Of a DNA stretch of 64,000 nucleotides, positions 40,201-54,600 are shown one piece after another. The DNA comes from Paragordius varius. Its lineage: Eukaryota; Animalia; Nematomorpha. The translations under genes and the position numbers were made by a program. The stretch spans positions 3,410,001-3,474,000 of the forward strand of contig OZ176056.1 of the NCBI GenBank assembly GCA_964247055.1, written 5' to 3'. The notes under the pieces are model-generated. The model worked only from the letters and a program-made list of their open reading frames with translations. It was not told the origin of the DNA and ran no database searches. The stretch's first letter is position 1; each line of letters starts with the position of its first letter.

Positions 40201-42631
40201 ATCATTTGTATAGCTGTAATCTTTGCTGCCTATATAGATGCCAAGAACACAATATATATGTAATTATGCATTCGACAAATCAAAAAATAAACCGTTCACA
40301 ACGCTTATGTATAATTACGGACAAAAAGCAGTAACCATGGTAACAAATGTAAAAAATATGTGTGCGTACACATTAAAACAAATGAAGTTGACCGATATTT
40401 TTTAGTTTTTAAAATATATATTAATAAAAATTTAAATGTTGTAAATTTTACCACTTATTATTTGAAATCAGTTCCTAACTGCTTATTTTTATAAACATAT
40501 CTACAGTCACGATGATATATGTTATAATTAATTAAAAAAGGCGTTTAGATAAAATCTAAGAAAATCATTTAATTTTCGATTGTAATTCCAATTATAGCCA
40601 CATAATTTTACCAGAAAAAAACTCTGCCTCCTAAAATTAATGCCGAGCTTATTGAGTATATAGTATGTATATCAAAATTTAAATTATAAAACAAACCTTA
40701 ACTACTAATAGACAAATGTTTTTTATAAAGATAAACATTGTTTTAAAACCTAAATGTCATTAATAAAAGCCTATAGTTATGAACTGAAAGAGGATGAATA
40801 GAGATGTAAATTGGTAATATCTCACAAATGTGGCCATAAATTTTATGGTAAAGAAATCAAGCTAAAAACAGTTTGGCTGTTTTCACAAAAATCTGTCTTT
40901 CTACGATTTGTTTTATATAAATCAATCCAAAATACATACCTTGAACAGATATTAGAGCAGCTAATTGGGGTGGCAACTTTTGTGTAACCGCTCGGGCGGC
41001 AATTAAACGGGCCGCCTCATTCACATCTATATTACAGGAGGCGGGAAATGCTGATTGTTCAGAAACCAAACTTTTGCCCACAAAATTTCGGCGATTAAAA
41101 ATGCTGTATGAGGAGGAGGATTTATCATCTTGATGACATCGGGAATCGGGTGTAAGTTTGAGAAAAACCTATAAAACAAATTATTTAATAATATATGCTT
41201 ATTGTTTAAATTGGCTATCATTACCAACTGTTTCAGTCCTGGGGTGAATTACATATTAGGAGTATTTGATAAAACTTAAGTACTTAATAAAAAATGTAAA
41301 ATTATATGATTCTAATTTTTTATATTAGTCATGTTTCCTTAGCAGAAAAATGGGACAAAATATATCGCCTATGTTTGATGTGATATATGAAGGTTATATG
41401 GATCGTTTATATTTTTGAGTTTAATTAACAAGTATAGGAGACTACTTTTAATTATATTTAATTTTCCTTTATCGTATCTTACGGATTTTAACAACTTTTA
41501 TCACAAAACATAACCAATCCGTTATTTACCATTACTTTTAATTATATTTATCCAAGCCCACACATCATTAATTTATTAACGAAATTTGTATAAAATCATC
41601 GCGTGTTCCATTAAACTCACTTATTTATATACATTCATTTACCTTAGATCCAATTATGATATCTTCTTCAGTGTCACGATTGTCATTATTTGTTGGGGTA
41701 GGCGTATCTGGTTTTAGCGGTGAAATATGGCCCTTTTCTAGGATGGTTGGAAAAATCATAGGGTTACCCCATCGATCCACTTGAAACGAAACATTAACCC
41801 GCAATAATTCAGATAGGCTTCGAAGAATTTTGACTCGGTTTGCATATTCTTCCGCATCTAAATGGGCATAATTTTATTAAAAGGTTACTCTTTCATAATA
41901 AATTCAACATCCTTAAACAAACTTCTTAAAAATCTCAGACAAAACCTTATTTTATTAGCACAATATGTGGAGAGCGAATCGAAAACCATTCATTTTTCTC
42001 GGTTACAATTCAACATTCAAAATTTAATTAATGGGTTTGTTTCATACATTTAAGTAACTTAATAATACCTGGAACAGTATCGAGAGAAAAACCATCATCA
42101 TCATCATTTGATTGGGCATCTTTATTATCAGTGGGTCGTTCTTCGAGCGCATTTAAGTCCTCTTTTAAAACTATGACAAGACTCCCCTCTTGGAAAGTTG
42201 GTTGAGATTCCGGTTTTTTATTGCTATCCTCATTGTTGCTGGGTAAAATATTTGTATTGTTTCGAACATTTGGTATTGATTGGCAATCGAAACCGTCAAA
42301 AAGACAACCCCGATTATTGCATTGGGGATCACACCTGTCATCACCATACAATTTCCAGCACGGTTCAAATCGTAACGGTAAACCTGGATCTATTTAATAT
42401 TAGATTTATAAATACCATTATACTGTAAAATTAAAACATATATTTTGTAATTAAATGTTCTTTCATATCCCAAAAAAAGTTTACATATAGTTTGAAACAA
42501 ACCATTACATACAAAATTTCTGTTGTTCGACATTTTTCTTCAAAGAGAAAAACAATTATAGCAAAAAGCTTGTAAAACAATGATCATTTTTACTTAATAT
42601 CTTGTTTAAAGTCTTCAATACCAACTAAATA

Positions 42632-42668
<37 letters not shown>

Positions 42669-45600
42669 TGACAAATAATCCAAAGTTTTATTTGCAAAAA
42701 ATAAAATTAATTTTACCGTAAAGCGATAAAGTAAAATCAGGGACACATTTATCCCAAGGATCAACTCCGAAAGAACAATCCTTCCCGTCCCAATTACAGG
42801 CGGCAACATTACATTCGGGTTCACAAACGCCGTTAGCAAGCATAGTTTCTGGCCTGGGGCATCCGGCTTTGCGACAAACCTAATATAGTTTGAAAAAAAT
42901 ATTTAATTTTTGCATTCAAATTGAAGAAAAAATATATTATATCTATTTGTTGGTGGACATAAATTCAGGGTGATTTTGTAAAAAATTAATATATTTTTAA
43001 TTACAAAGAAATACATATTTATGGGAAATATAGTTATTAAAGAATTTTAAAGGTATAATGAGTGTAATTAATAACAAATATTTAAATGAAATACTTTTTA
43101 AAAACTAATGGACAAAAGTCTTATTATTCTATTCATGCCCGCTTTTTAACTGTGTTTATAAAATTAATTATTCGAAAAGTGTAAAAAACTTACCAATAAT
43201 TTGTGTTGTTTTTCAAGCTCTTCATACGTTGTATGTGCCTTAGATTTGTAATAACTAATCAAATTTTCAACTATATCCGTATTATCAGTTATATTATTAT
43301 CAATAAAATTTTGTGACATTTTATGGCATCGAGAAGCATTATTATCGTTTTCCTCCGGTTGTTTAGAAGAATGGACTTCTATCGTGTAATCAGAATCACA
43401 AAAACATCTACGATCTCCCATGTTTTTGCTATTTTTTGATGATAAGTGCAAAGGATCCAAGCAGTATTCATCCGTGCGGCAAGGATGTGTTTGACATGTC
43501 CGAACAATTGTGTCACAATATTCACCAGACCATGGTTTTTCACATTGACATCTAAAAAATAATGAAACACATTGCAAAAAATTATTTTGATATACCATTT
43601 ACAGTTCAATTAATATTTGAAAAATTCAAATTCACCCTTGAACAATTCAAATTGATCATTGAACAATTCAAATTCATCCTTGAACAATTTATGTGTTTTC
43701 GAACTAATCAAACTCTTTATTAAATATAAATATATCTTTATAGCATAATTCATATTTTTTTCAGTATTATTTTAATTTAAAACAAAATTATAATTTGTAA
43801 AAAAAATATAAAAACATAAGTAATTTTTAATCTTAACATATAATTTATTTAAGGGTATATTTGAATTGTTCAAGAATGAATTTGAAATGATTTAGGGTGA
43901 ATTTGAATTGTAAATGGTATAATAACGAGGAAAGAGAATGAAAGATTTAATACCTATATTCTAAATACAATCATAATGCTTTTGCAAAAATATCTATATA
44001 AATTAGTAAAATGCTTATTTATTCACATATGCTGTAGTTAAAAGAAATGAAGGTACAAGTATTTTCCATATCGGAAAAGAATATTTTTGCTATGTATCTT
44101 CCTTATTTTAAAATTTACTGTTATAAAACTAAACTGCGGTCTTGTGTAGATTTTTTCAAACTTTTAGAGTTTAGAAGGCTATATTTTTACATTTTGTCTA
44201 TATAATTTCATTTTTTACCGTATTTTTGCAAACTTACCTAAATCCCTTGTAGGAGCGTGGATCAATTAAACATTTTGCATTATTTGCACATTTATTTTGT
44301 CGGGCATGACAAACATCTGTTTTAGTGTCACACAATTTCCCCGAGAATCCTGGCTGGCAAACGCATTGGAAATCATTGTCAAGTTGAATGCAATCCCTCG
44401 TTCCCACCGCATTACATGGGTGAGCTAAACATTCATTTACATCACCTTCACAACTAAATAGGTTTGAAAAATGAAAAAATTTTAAAAAAAATTATATTAT
44501 AAATATAAAAAAGATACAAATTCAAAGAAGAATCGGTATAATGAAATGGAAAAATTTAAAAAAATATCATTATTAATATAATTATATATAAAAAATCTAT
44601 TATCCCAAAAACGGTAAAATTTTATTATCAAATTGTATTTTTATGGCAAACACATATTTTTCCTATCACTATTCATGTTTTAGAAAATATATTATTATTC
44701 ATCTAACGCTACAGTTGTAAAATTTAACATACTCTCATAAACCATTGTGATAATTAGCAATCTTTTAATCGATAAAATTGGTATTTATAATATTTTTTTC
44801 AATATTAAGATTTAACATATTATATCATCATATTATAAATTTTACATCAATCTACTCAAAAAACTAAAAAAAAAACGGTAGAGAAATTACGTTTTTCCAA
44901 CGAAACCAGGTGGACAAATGCATTGAAAACCACCAATTTTATCGATACATGTTCCCCCATGATGACACATAACGTTTGAGCATTCATTAATATTTGTTTC
45001 ACATAAAAATCCCAGAGTTCCTGGCGGGCAGGTACATCTAAGGCAAAAAATTAAAATTTAAAAAAAATACCTAGAAAGATATATATTTTTTTTATAATTG
45101 GGTAAAATATACTTTATTAAACTGCTCGAATTTGCCTAAAACTTTTTTTATTTTGCAACCAAAAACAATGAGTTATATTTAAAAAAGCAAGGTTTGAAAA
45201 ATATGGTTGTCTTAAATATTAATATATGTTGATGAATTTATAAATAATAATTGCAGAATATCAAATGAGAACGTTAGAACGTTTTTTAAATTGCAAATTA
45301 ATTTTTACCATTAAAGGTTAATGGTTTATATATTGTCCATATAATTAGTTAGTTAACTACCATTAATATTTTCCTTTATGTTTCTTCATATTCCACTTTA
45401 AAATAATGATATTTTAGAAAATTTCAAACTATATTACCGAAAATCATTTATTAGATCATGACAAATTCCACCGTTTTTGCATGGGTTCCCTTTGCAATCA
45501 TCTATATTTCTTTCACAGTTAACACCTATATAAATTATGGAAACAAACAAAATTTTAAATAAGTCCAAATAAATTTAGAAAAAGATTGAAAAATTAATAA

Positions 45601-48600
45601 TATACCATCGAAACCAGAAGGACATTCACATAAATAATTTTGAGCCTTGGGTATTTGTAACTTTGTATTACTTTGTTCAAAAATACTGGAAGCAAATATG
45701 TGAGCGGTTGATGAACGAATTAGGCGTGTATTAATACACGTAGCTCCATTCAAACAAGGATTTCTAACATTATTTTCAAGAATATAGAAACTAAAAGTAT
45801 GGCCTGAAAAAAGAAATTTTCAGTTTATAAATACTTTTAAATGAAAATTTTACAAGAAACGGTAATCCAATAAGTCTCTAACTTAAAGTCGAGTATATAC
45901 CGATTCTAAGTATGAGTAACAAGGCTATAAACCACATTTATATCTCTTTTCTTAAATAGATTTAAGGTTTAAACTTTTGTATATATACTTTATCTGACAC
46001 TCATCATCCATAATTTCACAATGGGCCCCAGAATAACCCGGTGAGCATTGACACTTGTAGTAATTAAATTGTTCCGATGATGATCCCAAAGATAAGGAGA
46101 TGGCAGCATTTGTCGGAATAACGATATCAATACATTTCCCGCCATTGGCACAAACTGATTGACCCTTTTTAGCTTGTCGCATGGTTTGACATGAGACCAT
46201 ACGGATTTCACATGTCTCACCTAAAAATTATTAAATAAATAGTATAAAGGTGATATAAAACTAAAAAAATATAATTCAAAAAAGGCGTAAAAAATTTATG
46301 TTAAAAGATATAACCAATTATTAATAAAAAAACAAGACGATCTAAACTATTTTTATTATTGGTATTATAAAAACCAGTTTTACACTCAAATAATATTTCC
46401 AAAAAAAATTAAATAAAACTAAATAATGTTGACACAAAAACGAGGTACGATCAAAAAATATACCTATCCACCCCTCGGCACATTTACATTCAAAAAGATT
46501 TTGATTATGATCTTCGGGATTCCTGCGATTATCAGCATGATTGTCATTGAGTGGGGTACATATACCACCGTTTGCACATGGGTTCCTTGAGTTACCACTT
46601 TTTTGTTTCGTTGCAGTTAAGTCACCAAAAAATTGCAATTGATGATGAGAATCTATGGAACCGTCATCATAGTGTGGATTACAAGGATTGATCCATTTTT
46701 CACAATACATCCCATAAAAACCCGGTGGACACACGCAACTAAAATCACTTCCGGTCACCGGATTCTTAGCTACATAAGAACTTGCCTTTGAAGTATAGTT
46801 TTCATTTAATTTTTCTAGGCCAATATTAAAACTACCACCAACACCACCATATGATCGGCAGTATCCACCATTTTGGCAGACGATTTTGCTGGGCACGTGA
46901 CACGGGTCAACACGTGACTCACAATGTTTTCCTTGGAACCCAATTGGACATAAACAACTATAATCGGCAATCCCATCAATACATGTACCTCCATTCAAAC
47001 AAGACGTAGCACTGCAATCAGCTGAATTAATGTGGCATCTCTGTCCTTCCCACCCAGCTGAACATTCGCAAACCCAGGATGCCACGTAATCTAAGCATCT
47101 TCCATTATGTAGGCATGGACCTTTGCCATACTTGCCCAGGGGCGTAGTTATAACGGTCTTAGGGTCAGACGATTCATAAAGGTGATAATGGTTATGTTTG
47201 GAAATGTTGCTGACTAAAGCCGCATTGTTTTGTAAAACATTTTTATTATTATATGTGTCATAAAGTTGATGAAGTTCAAGCAATGTTAAACCTGTAAAAT
47301 GGAAAAAAAGGTTTTATTAAATATGTTAAGTTTTGGTTTTTTACCGCAAATCTTAAAAAATGAACATTCGGGTTATTCACAGATAATACCCAGTCAAGCA
47401 AATAATTTTAACTATAAAACAATTAAATTAGTTATCATAATCACAATTTTTCCATTTTTTGCATTCAATTATCTACACGACTATTATGTTATACACATGT
47501 TTAAATATTTTTTACTGTATACACAAATTCTATTGCTGTCTTAAATGCATATATAACCGGTCAGACATGTTTAAATATTTTTTACTGTATACACAAATTC
47601 TATTGCTGTCTTAAATGCATATATAACCGGTCAGAATCAACCGTAAAAACACGTATAAATACAGATGCTTGAAAAATAAATTGTAACTAGTAAGGTTTGG
47701 AATCTAAAACCACTATATAACTCAAATCAAAATTTGTTTTATGCAATAATCGATAAAAAGCAATATATATCTTTACCTTTTACAAGATTATTTCTTGCCA
47801 ACCCAATGTATTGAGACTTTTCTGGATTTTGCTCATCATTAGTTTCTACTAGTGGGTAATAGAGTTGACATTCATCAATTTCTTGTTCACACTTTTGCCC
47901 AGTGAAACCGGGTTTACATTCACATTTCCAATCTCGCCCGATAATAAAGGTGCCATCTATATCAGCTGATCTGGACGTCGTCGATGTTTCAATACATGTA
48001 CCACCATTGTTACATGGTCCAGCCATCATAGGCATAACGAGATTAGAATTGGCAAAAATTTGGTTTATTTCATACTCTGGCATATCTTGAAGAGAAAGTC
48101 CATTTTCTAACAAAGTTACTTTCATACAAATCGTTAAATTTCTCGATTGTTCTTCTTGTTTGCCATTTATATGGGGCGGCAAAAAATTCTTTGGAAACAA
48201 CGAAGCATAAGAAGAAGAATCGTTTTTATGCCTAGTTGATGTTGTTGTAAGGAGGTGTGTGGAATTGATTTCACAAAAAACCCCCGTAAACCCGGGTTGA
48301 CATTGGCAAACATAACGGTATGCGTGGTATCGATACATTGAATACTGCAAAATTTATGAATAAAATAACATAATTATATATATTTTTTATAAATTGAAAG
48401 CAACACAATTTAACATTGAATAATATGTAAACTCTAAAAAATGGCCTTTGGATTATTTATTAAGTATTGTCTTTAAATAAAATTGTACTGAATGAAAAAG
48501 GGCTTTTATTATATTTGCTTAAATTTACAAAATATTATGTATACGAGTAATTATCATATTTATTATATAGCTTTTTTTTGCATTCAAAAGCAAATATTAA

Positions 48601-51600
48601 CATTAAAAAATGTAAACTCTAATAATGAATCCTTGTTAACAAAAAGTCTCCTTAAATTTAAAATATTGTTAAATATCGTTTCCAAAACAAATTTAGAATA
48701 AATTGTAAATAGCCCTAAAAAATAAGTATAAAACTTACCTTTATGGATAAATCAATGCATTTGGCATTATTGAGGCAAGGATTTTGCCTCGGTTCACATT
48801 GCATTCCATCCAATATTTTATGGAAAGTAGAACTCGCCATTTCTCTATTTGTATTCTCATTTGTTGAAGTGTTACTACGGTCAAAATTTTGTTTACGAAT
48901 TTCTTCGAATTCACATCGTGGACCATAGTATGGCCACGTGCAATTACATTTGAATCGCATAGATCGATTTTTCACGTCAAAATTCGTTAAAATATTTATG
49001 ACATTTTCATCATACACCTCATCATTATCATTGTAATACGACATATTTTGATCGGTTTCAGAATCGTAGGAGCTTAGGGATTTTAAATTCTTACTACTGC
49101 TGTTATTATTTTTGTTTGTTAAAAGTATTTCAGTGCAAATTCCACCATTGAAACATGGTTTCGACATACTGTTTGATCTGTCATCATAATTGTAATTGTT
49201 AAAATGTTTGTTCATGCCCACGAAATTTTGGGGTATACAGGGATTAATCTCCAAATCTTTCGTATCAAGTTGATATTTTTGTTCACAAATGTCTCCATAA
49301 TAACCTAAAAGTTAAAAACAATCGAAATTATTTGTAAATTTAAATTTAAATATTTAATTATAATAAAAATTACTTTTAAATTAAGGCTGTTTAAAAATGA
49401 CTCTATTTTAAAAAAAGTAATGTTTATAAGGACAAAAGATTGATAAAATTAGTGAATCGTGGGCAAAACGAATTCAAACCAAAAAATTACAAAATTTTCA
49501 GACTTATATGTTTAGTAATAAAATTATATAAAATTATTGTTAATAGTATTAATTATTTTATCAAGAAAAAATTAGTAAAAAAACCTGCCGGACATCGACA
49601 AATAAAATTATCAATCCCATCAATACATAACCCATTATTGTGACAAGGGTTGGGTTGACATTCATTTATATTGACTTCACAACGATCCCCCGTGTATCCA
49701 GGCATACAGACACAGGTATATTTATCTAAAAAATATCAGTTAATTTTATGTTTTAAAATAAAAGATTTAAAAAAAAGTTTAAATATAGTTAAAGTCGCAA
49801 AAAATAAGAATATAGTAAAAGTTTAAAAAATACTTTTGTATGATATAAAGATCAAAATCAAAAATAAGTGTAAATTATATATATGTTTTAAGATGAAAAA
49901 TTTTAATATGTAAATTCAAAAAATACTTTTTTATAATATAAAGATTAAAGAAGAACAATATTAAAATTAAAAATAACTGTAAATTATATGTTTTAAGCTG
50001 ATATAAGATTTTTGATAAAAGTTTAGAAAAAAAATATAAAAGTTTAAAAATTATGAATATTAAATTCAAAACTTTTTTATAATTAAAAGATTAAAGGGGA
50101 AAAATATTTAAATCCAAAAATAACTGTAAATTATATATATATGTTTTAAGTTTAAAATTTTAATTATAAATTTAAAAAATATAGTACAAGTTTAAAAACA
50201 ACCTTTTTTTAATATAAATAAAGGTTAAAAATATTTAAATCCTAAAATAACTGTAAATTATATATATGTTTTAAGTTGATATAAAATTTTAAATATGAGT
50301 TAAAATAATAATATTAAAAGTTTATTAAATTGAAATTAAATTCAAAACATATTTTTTTATCATATAAAAATCCGAGATGAACATTTAAATCAAAAATAAC
50401 TCTAATTTTCGAACAAACATTATATAAGATAGTGTTAATAATATAACTCTACTTTTTTAAATGATAGAACTTACTTTTCATTACATAATATATATAAAAA
50501 CACAATTTTTCCAAAATTTAATTACAATCATGTATGTTTAGAATTGTTAAACATACGCTTTTAATTGATTATACTTTGTATTTAATTATTTACAATAAAT
50601 AGCCTCTTATTATTTTAAGGTTCAAAAATGTGCATGTAGAAAGTTGACATATCAAACACCATATCATAACAATTAAAAACAAAGTATAAAATCAATTAAA
50701 AACGTATGTTTGACAATTCTAAACATACATGACTGTAATATAACTCTACTTTTTGTGAATCATAAAACTTACTTTTCATTAAACACATTTTTTCCAAAAA
50801 ATCCAAATTACAATCATGTATGTTTAAAATTGTCAAACATACGTTTTTAATTGATTTTGCTTTGTATTTAATTGTATAAATAGGCTATTATTATTTTAAG
50901 GCATAAAAATGTGCATGTTGAAAGTTGACATATCAAACATCATATCATAACAATTAAAAATAAAGTAAAATCAATTAAAATCTAAACATACATGACTGTA
51001 GATTATAACTCTACTTTTTTGAATCATAAAACTTACTTTTCATTACATAATATTTATATAAACACCATTTTTTCCAAATAAAAATCAAATCAAATCAAAT
51101 TATAAAATTAATAAGTTGAAAAACCATACTTATTTCATCTAAACAGGTGCCATCATTCAAGCAAGGGTGTACGGCGCATTCATCATTATTAATTTCACAC
51201 CGCGGTCCGCTAAAACCGGGTTCACAAGCGCATTCAAATGCTCCGCGGGTATTAACACACGTACCTCCATGTTCACATGGTAACAAACCTTTTTTTTGCG
51301 GTTAAGACAAAATAAAAATCAAAAAATGTTATTATCAAATAAATTGGAAATGTATTTTGAATATTTTTTGATCTTATTATTATTGAATTTTGTATAATTT
51401 TATGTGCAAAGCGTATAATAAAACCTTTTTTTTACTGAATTTTTTAAAGGATATGTATCAAATGAAAATCAAACTCCATTAATATATAATCAAATTTATT
51501 AACATACATTCTAAATCCTATTTATTGTATAATATCCCATTTATAATTCTTTAGGTTAAATCTCTAAAAAGTGAGGAAAGGTATTTCTTCCATGTATGTT

Positions 51601-54600
51601 TATGGATTGTAGGATATTAAACATTATATTTAAAATTCCAATTTTTATTATATCCCGTAATTCTATTTAAGAAATTATTACAAAAATTTTACATTAATCG
51701 CTTCCAAAAAATTATTTTTGTTTTAGCCTATTTACGGTTAAATTACACGCTAAAGCCCTATAACTCGCATACTTAAATAAAATTCAAACAAAATATCTCA
51801 AGTTATTTTTGAGGTAAATGTCACATTTGTTCACTAATACTATGATCTAAAAAACAATTCCCTATAACATATTAATTTTTTACAGGTGTAAAAAATCGAA
51901 AAAATCAAGTTTAAAATTTACCTAGCTGACATTCATCAATATCAATGTCACACAGGGGGCCCTCCATCCCAGCTCGACAAGTGCATTGAAAATCTCCGTT
52001 TATGTAATTCGTTTCACACAAACTTCCAGGTCCACAGGGGTTAGCGGTCTCACAAACATCCTCGAGGTGACATAAAAGACCGGTTTTTCCGGCCGGACAT
52101 TCACAGTAATAGGAACCGATTCGGTCATGACATATACCTCCATTCATACAAACCTGACATATAATGATTGGTAAAAATTAATTCCTTAACGATTTTGGTA
52201 CCAAGTGATTATTTAGATTAAAGCAACTCATATTTTAGTAGAGAACTAAAAGTTGTGAAAAAAAATTATACATTCTATTAAATAAATTTTCAAAATATCC
52301 TATTGATACTTTAGTCAAGTTGAACTTTAAAGGTTTAAAAATAATCAAAATTACGAAATTGACAAGGTTTTGGAGTGCCGCTTGTTGCCTAGATTTAGAT
52401 TAAAGAATATCTTTGGCCCACACAAAAATTATGAGTATTTATCAAAAAAATGTTTAAGCAATAACTTTTACCGATATTTGAAGAATCCCTTTACTTTAAG
52501 GGTTTAAAAATAATCATATGCATATATTAAATTACCACATATATTTTCAAAAAGATAGATTACCGATGTTTGATTAGATCCGTCGGGGACTGCGCAGTCA
52601 TCGATATTTATGCTACAATCCTGACCGGTCCAACCATTAACACATGCACAGTAATGGGAACCGTGGGTATTAACACAGGTGCCTCCATTTTTGCACAGAT
52701 AATCTGTTCCTAAGATGGCACATTCATCCACGTCTTGTTCACAAAAGTTACCTTTGGTTTTACAAACGCAAAGTATAAAAAATAATCTACTTGTTTTAGG
52801 ACAAAAAAATGGGTATAAAATCTAATAAAATTAAATGATATTTAATTAATATAAAGAAAAACCTTGATTTATTGTGAATAAACATTTTTTGCGGTTATTT
52901 TGACATAAATTTATTTTTTACGGACAATTACAAAATATATTACTTTATGTGCCAGTTAAGTAAAAACAAATTTGAACAATTTTCATTGAATTTACTTTGT
53001 TGAAGGAAAAATACTGAAAAAAATTTAACAAAATAATCAATTTTTGAAAAACAACTTTTTATTTAGAATAATATACCTTTATATTGTGTTGGACATTGAC
53101 AAGTATAACTATTGACTCGATCTAGACATGTACCTCCATTTTCGCAACGGTGTCCAAGGGCACATTCATTAATATTAATTTCACAATCATTTCCAGAAAA
53201 CCCTAATATATTATTGTCACTTGTCAGTTTATTTACTAATGCTTAGAAAAATGCAAGTATTAAATATATGGTTCTTTTATTGGACACAATATTACTTAAA
53301 AAAGGGGAATCTTACCTAAAAAAATTTGATCGCCTTTGAAAATCAAAATTTAAATTTCTATCCATTCTATATTAGATTAAACATTATCAATCATAAATTT
53401 TGGGTAGCGAAATAAGTATTAATGATGTGTAAATTGGTACCATACTTAATTGTTTATTACACTAATATGTAGTTTATAAAAAAAAAGTCTTTTATCTTTT
53501 ACTTAGGTTTTTTTCCTTGAATTTTTTATTTATCAGAAAATTATTTACAAGTTTTGGATAAAAGTTAAAAAAGTATATCTTTGCATATAAGAATACTACA
53601 AAATACGTCATAATCAAATTTAAACATATTTTTCTTATAAATTAATTTTTTACCTGGTGGACATTGACAGGTGTATTGATAATCACCTGTGATGACACAA
53701 ATCCCATTATGTTGACAGGGGGATGGATTACATGGGTAGTACGGTTTTTCACAATGTTCCCCCGTAAATGCAATCGGGCACAAACACCTTTTTATTTATA
53801 TGGCATAAATTTTATAAAAAAATTATCAAAATTACAGTAAAAATTGGTAAAATAATTATAAAATTAAGACATATTTAAAAAAACATTTTTTTTAGATGTG
53901 TACTAACGTAAAATAAAATAATATGTATTGGTAACATACCCAACTAAAATTTCACAAATGTATTAATTTAAAGGTTATTAATAAACTATCAATGTTTTAA
54001 CTAATATGGTTGCTTTTATATGTAAAAAGCATGCTTGTCTTTAGTTTTTACGTTATGTCATTTAAATTATTTTGTTTTTACTGTAAATCATACTTATAAG
54101 ATCCAGGAATATTTAGACAAGTACCATGATTAAAACATGGTGGTTGACTAAATTCGTTTTGTACGTCGCATTCATCTACATCTGATTCACATCGTCTGCC
54201 AGTAAAACCAGACGGACATTCACATGTGATTAATTCTTCTGAATTTAAATTTTCTAGAATAGTTTTTTCGGTTAATTTAACGATGGCAGTGCGATTCAAA
54301 AGACATTTTCCATTGTTTTGACAGGCAGCGGCATTTGTGTTGTGATGACAGGGGTTAGGTATCTCACAGTTTTTGCCTTTGTGTTAAATTATATTTAATA
54401 TTAGAATATTGAGATACTACTATGAGATTATTATTAATTTAATCTTACTCAAACCAAAAGTCACAATAAAGTCCTAATATCAACTAACTTTCCAATAATT
54501 TGAGAGACTCCATATATTCTTATAAGAAACAAGTTTAAAAAACCAATAAGTAACCAGAACTTAGTTGGAAAAACCATAAAACAATGACTTAAGACTTCAA

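Noticed and set aside
37902-48928. Plus-strand and alternate-frame ORFs overlapping Notch exons (e.g. 38072-38272, 39054-39290, 42198-42428, 47902-48090)
   Set aside because: Short shadows of GC-richer coding exons with no independent motifs.
50432-51080. CRISPR-like or regular repeat-spacer array
   Set aside because: Eukaryotic intron; units are whole tandem copies without unique spacers.
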